Shown: positions 13,776 to 24,756 of the stretch, one piece after another
How the letters are laid out: each line of letters opens with the position of its first letter
Numbering within the stretch: the stretch's first letter is position 1
Origin: Octopus sinensis
Lineage: Eukaryota
Direction of reading: 5' to 3'
Length of the DNA: 64,000 nt
Assembly (NCBI RefSeq): GCF_006345805.1
Contig: NC_042997.1
Location: 806,001 to 870,000, forward strand
Notes under the pieces: model-generated
Databases searched by the model: none
The model's input: only the letters and a program-made list of their open reading frames with translations
Told to the model about the DNA's origin: nothing
Position numbers and translations under genes: made by a program

Positions 13776-14356
13776 GCCCTGATGCAGTACCAGGCAGTAA
13801 ATGCCCTGATGCAGTACCAGGCAGTGGCTCTCATGGCTTCTGATCTTAACTGATTGGAAGTGTTATCATGTACATTGATTTGTCTTGGTATAAAAGATGG
13901 GCTACAGCAAATATTCTGCTCAATACCACAGATTTGCTTGTCAGTTGTTTGACCTTAACCAGTTGAGCATGTCCCTTAGTGGCTGACGATATGTGCATCT
14001 CTGATCACGAGCAGAAGTAGTGGGGGAGCATCATAGCCATGTGTTGAGAAGGATTCTTTGGGGTTTGAATAATTCACCTCTGGAAACATGGGTGTTTCGT
14101 TCAACGTCCTTAAACAACCCTTATTCAGGGACCTTTTGAGCGGGATGGGTTACTCGATCTGAAGAAAATTCTAACTGGGCTCCACCTGCAAGGTCATGTG
14201 CTGTTTATCTTGATATGAGATCCCCATGTCGCGCACATATGGTTGTGATGCATGTGCCTGGTGTACCCTTATCAGATGGGTAGTCATGATGGGTATACTG
14301 GGCTTCGTATATTTTACCCCAGTGTCACTTTGATGGCATGCTCTGCTCGCTCACTC
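13772..14356 (+). mobile_element. ~585-bp non-coding element embedded in (TAA)n, with a 27-bp terminal tandem duplication
   Basis: (TAA)n on both sides; AAATGCCCTGATGCAGTACCAGGCAGT twice (13772-13798, 13799-13825); no ORF. Confidence 0.6.
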
Positions 14357-14372
14357 AATAATAATAATAATA

Positions 14373-14387
14373 ATGATGATGATGAAT

Positions 14388-14434
<47 letters not shown>
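14373..14434. repeat. (GAT)n microsatellite
   Basis: Direct reading. Confidence 0.95.
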
Positions 14435-14988
14435 ACAAATTCTAACATTTGTTACATTTTAAAAACAAAATTGAAACTTGAACATGAAATATAAGAATAT
14501 ACGAATTACATCTCAACTTGAAGCTGGAAAATAAAATTCATAATTCATGGTAAACAAATGCATCTAGAAAACAATCTTAATTTCGTAATTTCAACACACG
14601 CTTCCTCACATTTTCATTCTGTATCTGTATGTATAATTGAATATGCATGTATGTATCGGTATATCTTTGGAAAGGCAGCTAACATTTTCTTGTTGCATAG
14701 AGAAGATGTCCTGCAGTAATTTTGCAGCTCGTGTCTATCACTTTCATTTCGGAGAAAGTAATGAGACACTTATCTATTTTTCATACGATATGAGGCGAGG
14801 TAGAACAATGTACATCAACAAAGGTATACATGGCTGATGTTTTGACAGAACATCACAAATGATCCTGAGTGTAAATTATAAAGCATTTGATGGGAATGCA
14901 ATAGATACGCGGCTCAAGGCACGTTTTATAGCTCTTCTTTCATTAATGGTTGCAAATAACTTCTACATATATATTAATTATAATGTTG

Positions 14989-15028
<40 letters not shown>

Positions 15029-15194
15029 TTATGTTTAAGAGAACAATCAAGCAATGGCAGAACTCAAAATCAAGTTGCATACATACATACATACATACAT
15101 ACATACATACATACATACATACATACATACATACATACATACATAGTACATACATGTGTGTATGTATGTATGTATGTATGCATGTAACATTTCC

Positions 15195-16095
15195 ATCAAT
15201 GCCTTAACCCTTTCCCCTGTATCTGATGTGGAATGTTACCAGTATCTGGGAGTGGATGGAAATATATCTTACAGTAGTACATGTTACAACCGAGTAAAGA
15301 AAAATTGGACTGTGGAACTCACTGCGTTCAATAAAACAGAAGCCCACAATGAGTTTGCAGTGCCAGTATTCATACCAACATTTGGGTTACTTGACTGGAC
15401 GTTTGACGTGATACGAGCCATTCATGTGAAAACCCAAAAGATACTAACAAGCACATATAATTTCCACATAAACAGTGACGTACACCACCTCCACCTGAAA
15501 CAAAAGCAAGGTGGTGAGGGCTAAACATTAATCCAAAATACCCTTGAATGTCGTATCATATCCCTTCGACAACATTTCCTAACCACGAAGTGTCAAAGTG
15601 CATCCCTTGACTAAGTTAGGATCCATGGGGCTGATAATATCGTAAGATCTGGAAGACAGCTTCTTGAATAGCATTCCTTGCTAGTTAACTTTAATAGATG
15701 CCCAAAGAAATCGCACGATTCTCCCGCAAAATATCATCAGATGAAAGGATGAACGCATATGAGAAGACCATGCATAGACATGTTAGTAAAAAGCACCGAG
15801 ATGATAGTAACATTGATCATCAAAGAAGTCTATTGTGGATCAACAACCGGATTACTACCTCCCAGATTGAAGGGTATGCAATTGCAATCCAGGAAGAAGA
15901 AATATCAAGCAAATACCTGATGCACAAAAGGGATAGAGATGCAGGAAAAGCAGTAAAATGTGACAACCGATGCAGACTTTGCGGAGTTTACACCGAATAC
16001 ATCACCCACACCATAAGTAGGTATCCGACAATGTCATCACGGATTTATTTACCGTTGAGACATGGTGTAGCTAAGACGCTGTATAATGAGATCCG
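15195..16095 (+). mobile_element. R4/Dong-type relic (third family)
   Basis: YQYLGVDGNIS; HNEFAVPVFIPTFGLLDW; KQGGEG; QIEGYAIAIQEEEISSKYL; CDNRCRLCG..ITHTISRYP..YLPLRH. Confidence 0.8.
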
Positions 16096-16319
16096 TCGGA
16101 AGGATAACACCGTGAGCAAAGATATGAGAACTCACAGGTATGGTGAAACACATAGCCAAACTTCCTGGCTTTAAAGGTATCATCAAAGGCCTGGTTGGAG
16201 ACCCAAACTTCTGAGTTCTTTCACAAGGCTTAGAAAACATGCACTAGGTGTGTGAATCATAATTAACTGACCCTCTTGTAATTTATACTGGCATCAAAGA
16301 TAAAGCAATGCATAACCCT

Positions 16320-16383
<64 letters not shown>

Positions 16384-16425
16384 CACTACTACTACTACTA
16401 CTAATAATAATAATAATAATAATCA
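16320..16425. repeat. (CTA)n plus (TAA)n microsatellite
   Basis: Direct reading. Confidence 0.95.
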
Positions 16426-16436
16426 ATGACCTAAAT

Positions 16437-16900
16437 AGATCAAGGAAAACTGTTTGATTTGCCCCTCTATGTTCCCTTAATATAAAAACTAGCATAGATA
16501 AAAGATTTCTATCTCTCCTAGACAAACACTTTCCAGCAACTCATATGTAGAGGAAAATGTTCAATAGGCCTTCTGTGAAATTATCATTTATCTGATGCCC
16601 TAATATGAAGAATATCATTATATGTGGTCAGTACCAGTTGTAACTATCGCAACCCTGGATCCTGCTCACTTCACCAAAGATGTATGATTAAATCTATCAT
16701 ATATGACGCAGCAGTTACTGCAACCCTAAATAATGCAACAGATAAAAAGACCAATATTGGATAATGTGAAGGAGAGTTTAAAAACCATTATACCAATCCC
16801 ATAGCCTCCTTCGAAAAGAGGATAAAAGCAAAGGTACTAAGTTGGCTAGCTACGTATGGAATTTGGAAGATAACGAAATACCACATGTGAACAAATACAA
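16437..16900 (+). mobile_element. Penelope-like element relic (linker plus GIY-YIG endonuclease)
   Basis: RSRKTV*FAPLCSLNIKTSIDKRFLSLLDKHFPATH..MFNRPSVKLS..CPNMKNII, then CNYRNPGSCSLHQRCMIKSIIY..TNIG*CEGEFKNHY; resembles the PLE WFNPPY..KHFP..FN..VKxSY.CMPN and CxC..CPL..C..IY..YIG..F..RY pattern. Confidence 0.8.
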
Positions 16901-16959
16901 AAAGTAATTGAGAAATCCATACCTTATGTTGATGGACCGAATAAATATAGGCCTCATTA

Positions 16960-17709
16960 ATTATCCGAAAGCAACCACAAATCTCGAGTTGACATCTGCT
17001 CTTCTCCCCATTCTCGCGAACTCATTTCACCCTTTTTGGGATAAACTTGTGACTGGTGACGAAAAATGTATCTTCTATCGAAATGTTAAACGTCGTAAAC
17101 AGTGGCTTGGTAAAAGGGAAAAAGCTCAACCACAACAGAGAAGAGAACTTTATGGGGAAAAAAAGTTCTTCTCTCTATCTGGTGGGATTGCAAAAGAGTA
17201 ATTCACTTTGAATTGTTACCACCTAATGCAAAAATCAATGCTCAAGTTTACTGTCAGCAATTAGAGCGTTTGAACCAAGCTTTGAAGAAAAAAAGACTCA
17301 CATTAGTGAATCGAAAAGGTGTGATGTTTCATCAGGACAATGCACGACCCCACACAGCAAAGATCACGTCACAGAAGATCGAAGAGCTTGGTCGAGAAAA
17401 AAATTCCTCATCTACCTTATTCTTCCGACCTGGCTCCTTCAGGCTACTATTTGTTTCGTAGTTTACAGAATCATTTGGGGGATATAACTTTCACAAGCCA
17501 GGGGAAGGTCGAAACTGACATTTTAGAGTTCTTCGCTTTGAAACCAAAAGACTTTTTCATTGATGAGATTAAAAGCTTGTAAATAGATGGAAGGAAGTCA
17601 TAGATAATCAGGGAAAGTACATTGATGATTAAATTTCAATTAGATATAACATTGGATCACTTCTTTTCGTTATTCGAAATTCGGACCGAACTTATGGGGT
17701 GACCTGATA
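16960..17709 (+). mobile_element. mariner (DD34D) transposon, 3' half with right TIR, decayed
   Basis: LVTGDEKCIFY; VLLSIWWD; QQLERL; FHQDNARPH; PYSSDLAPSGYYLFRSL; ends GAACTTATGGGGTGACCTGATA. Confidence 0.92.
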
Positions 17710-18821
17710 TAATATATACGCATTTAACTACACACACACTCACACTTACACATACATATTCATGCATAAGTATTGCGATATTTGTGCATGCAATCTTATG
17801 TTTTATGTATGTGCTTATATATTACGGTGTGTCTGTGAATGCATTCTAAATTACACGTTGAAAGTGGTGTAGTATTTGGTTTTAAAATTTCAGACAGTAC
17901 CTGTATTGGTAACGCATATCGGAATTTCTATAAAACAGTGTCAATAATCATTTAAAGTAATCGTGGCCTAAAGTAGTACTGAAAATATAATTCTCAAACT
18001 GGAAGCTTAAAAGACTGTATACAGCTCACTGAGGATTATGGATCCCTGGATTTGATTCTCGCTGTAGGGTCAGCTATTTGATTTCTTTCAGGAACATCGT
18101 GCACCGTCCATTGCTACGTTGCTAATCTCTCAATATTTTTGTATATATCTCTGCAGTTATTTATGCCACTGTGATGTACTTTATAAAGCGATGTCTCAGA
18201 AAACATGAAAAATTGAAAAATGATGCATAGAAAGATGATTCAGTACAATTAATAGAGATATTTGTTGATTATAAACAATAAGATATAGTATAAAACAAAT
18301 AGAAATACCTAGCAAATTGTAGTATGATATAAATTAGTTAGATAATATTTATAAGAATCTGAACTTATGTAGAAGATTTAACACTGGATATTATATCCGG
18401 AAGCATTAATCTTAATGTCGACAACTAAACCGATTTTATGTTCCCAGAAAGAATTTAGTATTTCTGAGAGTTTACAAATTCTCTTGACCTCTGCTCCAGT
18501 AATCTTAAGTTTCTTTCAGACCCTTAGCTCTTTATAGATCTCGCACGTCACATAGGAAAACGTTTTCTCTGATAATTAAAGCAAATCAATTTACTCTACA
18601 TCAGTTCAGATTGTGGACAAGAATGCAGAATATTCAGTATTTATTGCCAATAAAAGAGAGCTCCGAAATATCTACCTACGATTTTCATTGCTTATTTAAG
18701 AGGCAAAATCTGATATCTTTGTTGATTAATCTATCATTTTTATCTATTGATTAATCGATTTATCTTCCTACTTATCTAAACGTAATTTTATTATTTCTCA
18801 AAGATGTTTGTTGTTTAACAT

Positions 18822-18960
<139 letters not shown>

Positions 18961-19203
18961 GGTACATGTCTGTATATAATTTATAAATAATTTATATTTA
19001 TATGTGTGAGTGTGTGTTTAAAGATAGGAAATTTGTGCTCATAAATCTCTGAGGTCATCAAGGAATTAGTTTTAGAACGGTATTTAAATCTAACTAGGAA
19101 ACCCGTTCTAAATTTATAATGAAAATGATATATATTAGAATGATTATTCATATAAGTGTTTTACTCTTACACACACCGACAGATGCGCTTATTCGCATGT
19201 ACG

Positions 19204-19279
<76 letters not shown>

Positions 19280-20783
19280 GGGGGATGTATGTGTCTGAGT
19301 GCGCACACGTGTGTAAGTTTAGCTGGATAGACAAATATGTATGATATAAATACTGAAATGTTTATATGAGTGAGTGTGCGTATGCGTAGCTTTATGTATA
19401 TGTGAATAGGTAAATTGTTGAATTCGCAAGGCTCTTTTTAATTTCCTCATATATAAACACATATATATGTTGCAAAGCAGTTCAACTCGAAAATTGTAGA
19501 TAGGAACAGAGAAAGCACACTGGCGACAAAGCCAATTATGAACTCATCCGAAATTAATATTTGAAGACACACAGTAAATTAACTTAAATTGGCTATATGA
19601 AAAGGAAAAGAAAAAAATTCTTCACAAAATGTTAAAATAATTACTGAAATACACGGCTATGGAGAGTTGAGTAAAACGAAACTTGCAGCGCTTCCGCATT
19701 AACTTTTGACATTTTGATATATAAAAATATAAATATGCTTGCTTCAAAATGTTATTTTGATATGTTTTCTTCAATTTGCTATAAATGCGTCGTTTGGTAT
19801 ATCGCAGCCATCAATGGAAGAGTTTACTTGTTGCGTTATAACCACATAGGTTTAATATAACTTGAAAGAAAGGTGACATACAGGAGTGGACTACATAGAT
19901 TATTTCTCAACGTCTGTGTTAGTCTCCATATCTATGACTCGATTTACTGGGATTGTATATTATCATAGCGATTGTATATTAAACCAAAAATTAGCGGTAA
20001 TTCTACTCATTTTTTTTCAGACAATATATTTAATAATTTCACAAGGAGAGCTAATATTTTATTATTCTGGTATGTTCTCAATAATATCGCAGGGATTCGC
20101 ATTTATTTTTCAGTTTGTACGAACCGGATGTTTATGTAAGAAACAGAAATTTCTCAACATTTTGTTTTCCTTTGTTACAACTAATCTTCGGTATGGAATT
20201 TATATTACCTCAATCAACATTTCTTTTCATATTCATGAAATTGCCTTATCAATATTTACACATTGCTTTGCAGGTACCTTTCTTCGCTTTCTCAGAGTTT
20301 ACATAAATATTTCTTTCTACCGTCTTTTGATCTCCCTTACGTCCAATTAGCCTTTCTTTTCTTCCTACAATCGCTACCTTGATCTGTTATTCACCATGTG
20401 GTGTCAATATACTATTTACCTCATGCCGAAAGTATAATACAAAACTTAATAGCTTGAACCATCCATGACGCGAACGGCTGATTCGCTTCATTTGCACATT
20501 TGTATATTTATTCTATTTATGCAATATATATAACCGTCCGTGTAATTTTGATAATCCATGACACTCAGAAAAGTATATGATACCTCAAATGTAAAGGAAG
20601 AAACGAAGTCAAAATATTAATGCAAAGAATTAAAAAATAGAAAACAAAGATTGGATAAATAACAGCATAATGTTTTTGTTAATTTTTATTTGAATTTCCA
20701 CGAATTGGAAGTCTATTATATTGTTGGTGCATCCTCGAAAATAAATTGCACTTCCAACCTCGGTACCATTTTTAAAGATTACT

Positions 20784-21240
20784 TTAAAAATAGACCAGTA
20801 ATGTTTGAATTGGAGCAAATAATGCCATACGTTTCCTGAACACTCTCCACAAGAGGAGTCCGTTCGCATACGTGATCGAATATAATTCAAACGAATCCAA
20901 TCTACGTGAAGCAAATAATTTTTTGTTAGCTGTGATTTGATGTTTTGTACGCTGGTACATTTCACTAAGATAATGAAAGATTAATATTCGATAATTTATC
21001 ACTTGATTTTTTTCAGAATCTTTCCTTTATTGAATATTGATTCTTTTGGTAAATGATTTTAATTGCGAATGTTTCGGAATGTACTCTATATTTTTTCCTG
21101 CTAATTAATGTGATTTTATGTTTTTTTCAATATCTGTATGGGAAAATATCCAAAACGGTATTACTTGTTTAGCATTTTCAGCAAAATAATTGTCTATTTT
21201 GGGGGTAATAATCTCACTCTCTAATCTGTCTTGATTGAAA
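20784..21240 (-). pseudogene. Decayed coding-like frame of unknown origin
   Basis: About 150 codons with only 2 internal stops in ~70% AT DNA: FNQDRLESEIITPKIDNYFAENAKQVIPFWIFSHTDIEKNIKSH*...INYRILIFHYLSEMYQRTKHQ...; no family recognised. Confidence 0.35.
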
Positions 21241-22049
21241 TGGTTTTATATACAACAGATTGCCAATAAGTAGAAAACATTCTTTTCGTTGGTGCCTTTT
21301 AGCAGAATTAAAACATGTTATTTCTCACAAACCGTCATCAAATATTGTAAAATGATGGTACCAGCAGATGCTCATATTTCTGTTGTCATTTTGAAAGTTT
21401 CAAGCCGTTCCACTTGCTAATATATTGTTTGACTGCTTTCCATTTGCATAACTGTTTCAGTTGAATAAATATTTTGATTTTTTGATGTTATGGTATTCTT
21501 TCGCTTCATCTCTTTGCTGTAGTCTTGTTTCAAGAATTATAATTCTATTCATGGAGATAGTGTTACTTATTGGTTTAGTTATGCTTCCTAGATACTTTCA
21601 TTAGTATGGGATTTAGGATTAACCCTGTTTTGTGAAGAATAGTGATGTGAAGGGCTAGATCAAATGCTGCATAATATTGTTTTGTCAGTCTGAGTACGCG
21701 ATATCTGGATAGTTTGAAGATAGACAATACTCCTATCTAATCATCCCCTGTCTACTATAAGCATGTTGAGTGATGATACACTTCTAAATGTTTGGACGTT
21801 AGTCATAAGAGTGAAATAAGTTTAATACCACGCTTGTAAGTAGCTATATTTTTCAAGGAAAACTTGAGCTATTTCGCGTTTTGATGCCGTTTGTAAACAA
21901 AAGTCGCAAATCTTTATATTTTTTTAAAAATTTGTTTTGGGACCTTAATAAATTTCATTAAATAATTTTCATGATATTGACAATTTAATATACGTTATTA
22001 TTCTCGCTCACTTCCGTTGTTTATAGCAGTACTTGGAATTAAAGCGTGT

Positions 22050-22270
22050 AGAGAGAGTGGTCATCTCAAAAATTAAGATAGGGCTTCAGCTGGACAAGAA
22101 GTTTTTGATAGTGTCAAGGCAGACCAAAATAATTTGGAAAACGCTCATAACAGATAACAAATCGCGTGTCTATGTTTATTATCCAGAAACCAAGGGAAAA
22201 TAAAATCCTTGAAAAGAACAATATTTCAAGACGTCGAGGAAATCAAAGAAAACGCGATGAGCCAACTAGG
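22050..22270 (+). mobile_element. Internally deleted mariner relic
   Basis: ESRVYVYYPETK-like followed by LKRTIFQDVEEIKENAMSQL (GDESWVYGYDPETK and LKGRRF..VEEIK-type motifs). Confidence 0.55.
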
Positions 22271-22977
22271 AGTGCTTTCATCACTCGAAATGATGCTGGA
22301 TGCTCGAAATGATGCTGGCTTCAGAGGTGGGCGGGAGGCTAATCGAAAGAATTTAAATGGCGAATTGATACGTGTTGTAGTTTTCTTTTTATAGCACCAG
22401 GCCCAATACTTTTTTTTCTTTTTATCAGACATCACATGTTGATAACATTGGCAAAAGATGACACAATTCTATCTTAAGAATTAAATAAGTTTGTTGTGTA
22501 AAAGAAGAGAATAGGTGAACTGGGTGATCTGCCTGGAAGAGCCTAGTGAAGGTATATTATTTGCCTTACTACTTATCACATTTGTATTGTTATGCGTGCG
22601 AAATCTAGTAACTCAATTACATAGACTGCTGAACATTATGTATTCTTATATTTCTTTTTAAGTAGTGTCATGCCTAAACTATCGTAAGCGTTTTTTTATA
22701 TCTGAGACCAGCCTGACCGTATTTTCATTAATTTTGAATTTCCGACGCATATGGTTATTTTATATACATATTCCTTAGTGCGTCCATTATTTCAGGAATA
22801 TGTACTTTGTTCTCTTTCAATTAGATAGTGCACAGCTCCAACTTTTCTGAAATATTTTCGACAGAATCTTAGTGGAGTTTATAGGTGGGAATAATTTGGT
22901 TGAGTGTTCGCTGTCCCTACTTTGTTATTACTAAAGTATGAGAAAATTTCCATATATCCAACATTATTTCCTGCATT

Positions 22978-23041
22978 TAGGCGGTGAGCTGGCAGAAACG
23001 TTACCACGCCGGGCGAAATGCGTAGCCGTATTTCGTCTGTC
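22978..23041 (+). mobile_element. 5' head of the host SINE, interrupted by nested insertions
   Basis: AGGCGGTGAGCTGGCAGAAACGTTA..GCCGGGCGAAATGCGTAGCC-GTATTTCGTCTGTC; left TSD ATTATTTCCTGCATT at 22963-22977. Confidence 0.9.
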
Positions 23042-23215
23042 GCACATGTGTTCGTGAAGTAAGAATTGCTGTTTCGTGGTGTTAATATTGTTAACAACTG
23101 TTGTTTCTTGTTAAACTGTTGAATAACTTAACTGTTGGAGTTTTCAATTGAAAACACTTAGTGCTTGTGGTAGCACGCGTTGTTCATTCCCCCTTTGGGG
23201 GGAAGAATGTCGTCT

Positions 23216-24748
23216 AGCATGGAGCCTACCGTTGGAGCAGAAATACTTGTTTCTCCTGTTGAGAGGAGGAAATACATGTCCGGCGAGGAGCCAACTACAG
23301 ACAAGGAAATAGGGGTTTCCCCCGCTACAAGAAGGAATAGCAGAGAGGATAATATATTTGATATTTTTGGAGATGTGTCTGAGAGCTCGTCAGAACTGTC
23401 ACCAGAAGAGTTTCCGACTTTGCCAGAGAACAAAGGCATTGTGTCGAAGAGAATAATTGATGTGCCTAGCATCCAGATAGAACCAAAAAATGGAAAAAAA
23501 AAAAAAAAAAAAAAGTTTTGCGTTGGCTGCTGGGGGTGGAACCCAGATACTGTCGACGAATAAAAGCGAAATTATGAAATACAGCAAAATGATGGAAATA
23601 ACTGACAACAGTGCGAAAATTGAACCTACGCAAAAGTTATTACAGGAAGAAAAGCAAAAAACAATAATTTTCAAAACATATTGTCTACAAAATAGAAAAA
23701 TTGAAAGAATGTCAGAAGAGAAAATAGAAAAGTGCTTAAAGCCAATATTGGGCGACGTAGTATTTCTGAGAAGAGGAAAAAAATTCGGAACGGTGGAAGT
23801 AAGGTTCACCAATAAAGAAATAGCATACAAGAACTCAGTTGAAACGTTGAAAACGAACGACGTGGAGTTAATACCCTATTATATGGGGATGAGGACGTCG
23901 CGAATAAAAATTACAAGGGTCCCGCCAGAGGTCGAACCTATGTGGTTGTTGGCGGCAGTCCTAATCAAAGAGGTAGAAAAAATTACTCTCCTCCAGGCTA
24001 CCGCTACGGAAACCCACGCTGGGATGGTCAAACAATTAATCTTTTCATTCAAGCGGACCCTAAAATAATTCAAACAATTCCGGAGACAATTGAGGTAGGG
24101 GAGGAGAACCTCGTGGTGTTTGTTGAGGGCCGAAAACCTCGATGTTTTTTATGTGGTCAATTAGGCCACATTCGAAGGAATTGCAAGGAAAATGAAGAAG
24201 AGGAGGAAGAGGAGAAAAAAGACAAAGAGGAAGAAGATAAAGAAGAAACAGATGAAAAAAAAACAACAAACAAAAGAAAAATACAACCAGCAACCCAGCC
24301 GAGAGCGGCGACTACTAGAGAACAACGACCAAAAAAGACTGCCAGAAGAGAAAAAGAAGAAAAAGGCATAATAGCCGTATACACTAAAGATACTGAGCTC
24401 ATGAGAGACATTCAACTCATAAAGACTGTAAAAAAAATTGATAACCTTTCAGAGGAATTTATCAATTACGACATATATGAAGTCTCAAATAAGACTCATA
24501 GAATTCTACAAAATAAGTACAGAAAGACTGTATCTTCATTGAGATTAGATTTTAACAAGTCGATATTTCATGGATTACCAGCTCCGATCCCGCGAGAAAA
24601 GGAAAAGGTGGAGATTCCCCCTCCACCTGATAATTCTGTGTCGGTGGTGAGACGGGATTTTGACAAATCTATTTCCCAAGACCGTCCACCTCCGACCCTG
24701 GATAAAAAAAAGGTGGAGGGTCCCCCTCCACCGGACAATCCTGATTAA
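23216..24748 (+). pseudogene. LINE ORF1, frameshifted into three pieces
   Basis: RRM-like FLRRGKKFGTVEVRF..RIKITRVPP; CFLCGQLGHIRRNC (CX2CX4HX4C, 24143-24184); acidic/basic and Pro-rich tail. Confidence 0.85.
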
Positions 24749-24756
24749 ACGGGTAA

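Noticed and set aside
19886-20350. 154-aa hydrophobic plus-strand ORF suggesting a membrane protein
   Set aside because: It has a GTG start, and its Phe/Ile/Leu richness follows from T-rich composition; it is more likely the antisense of a decayed minus-strand frame.
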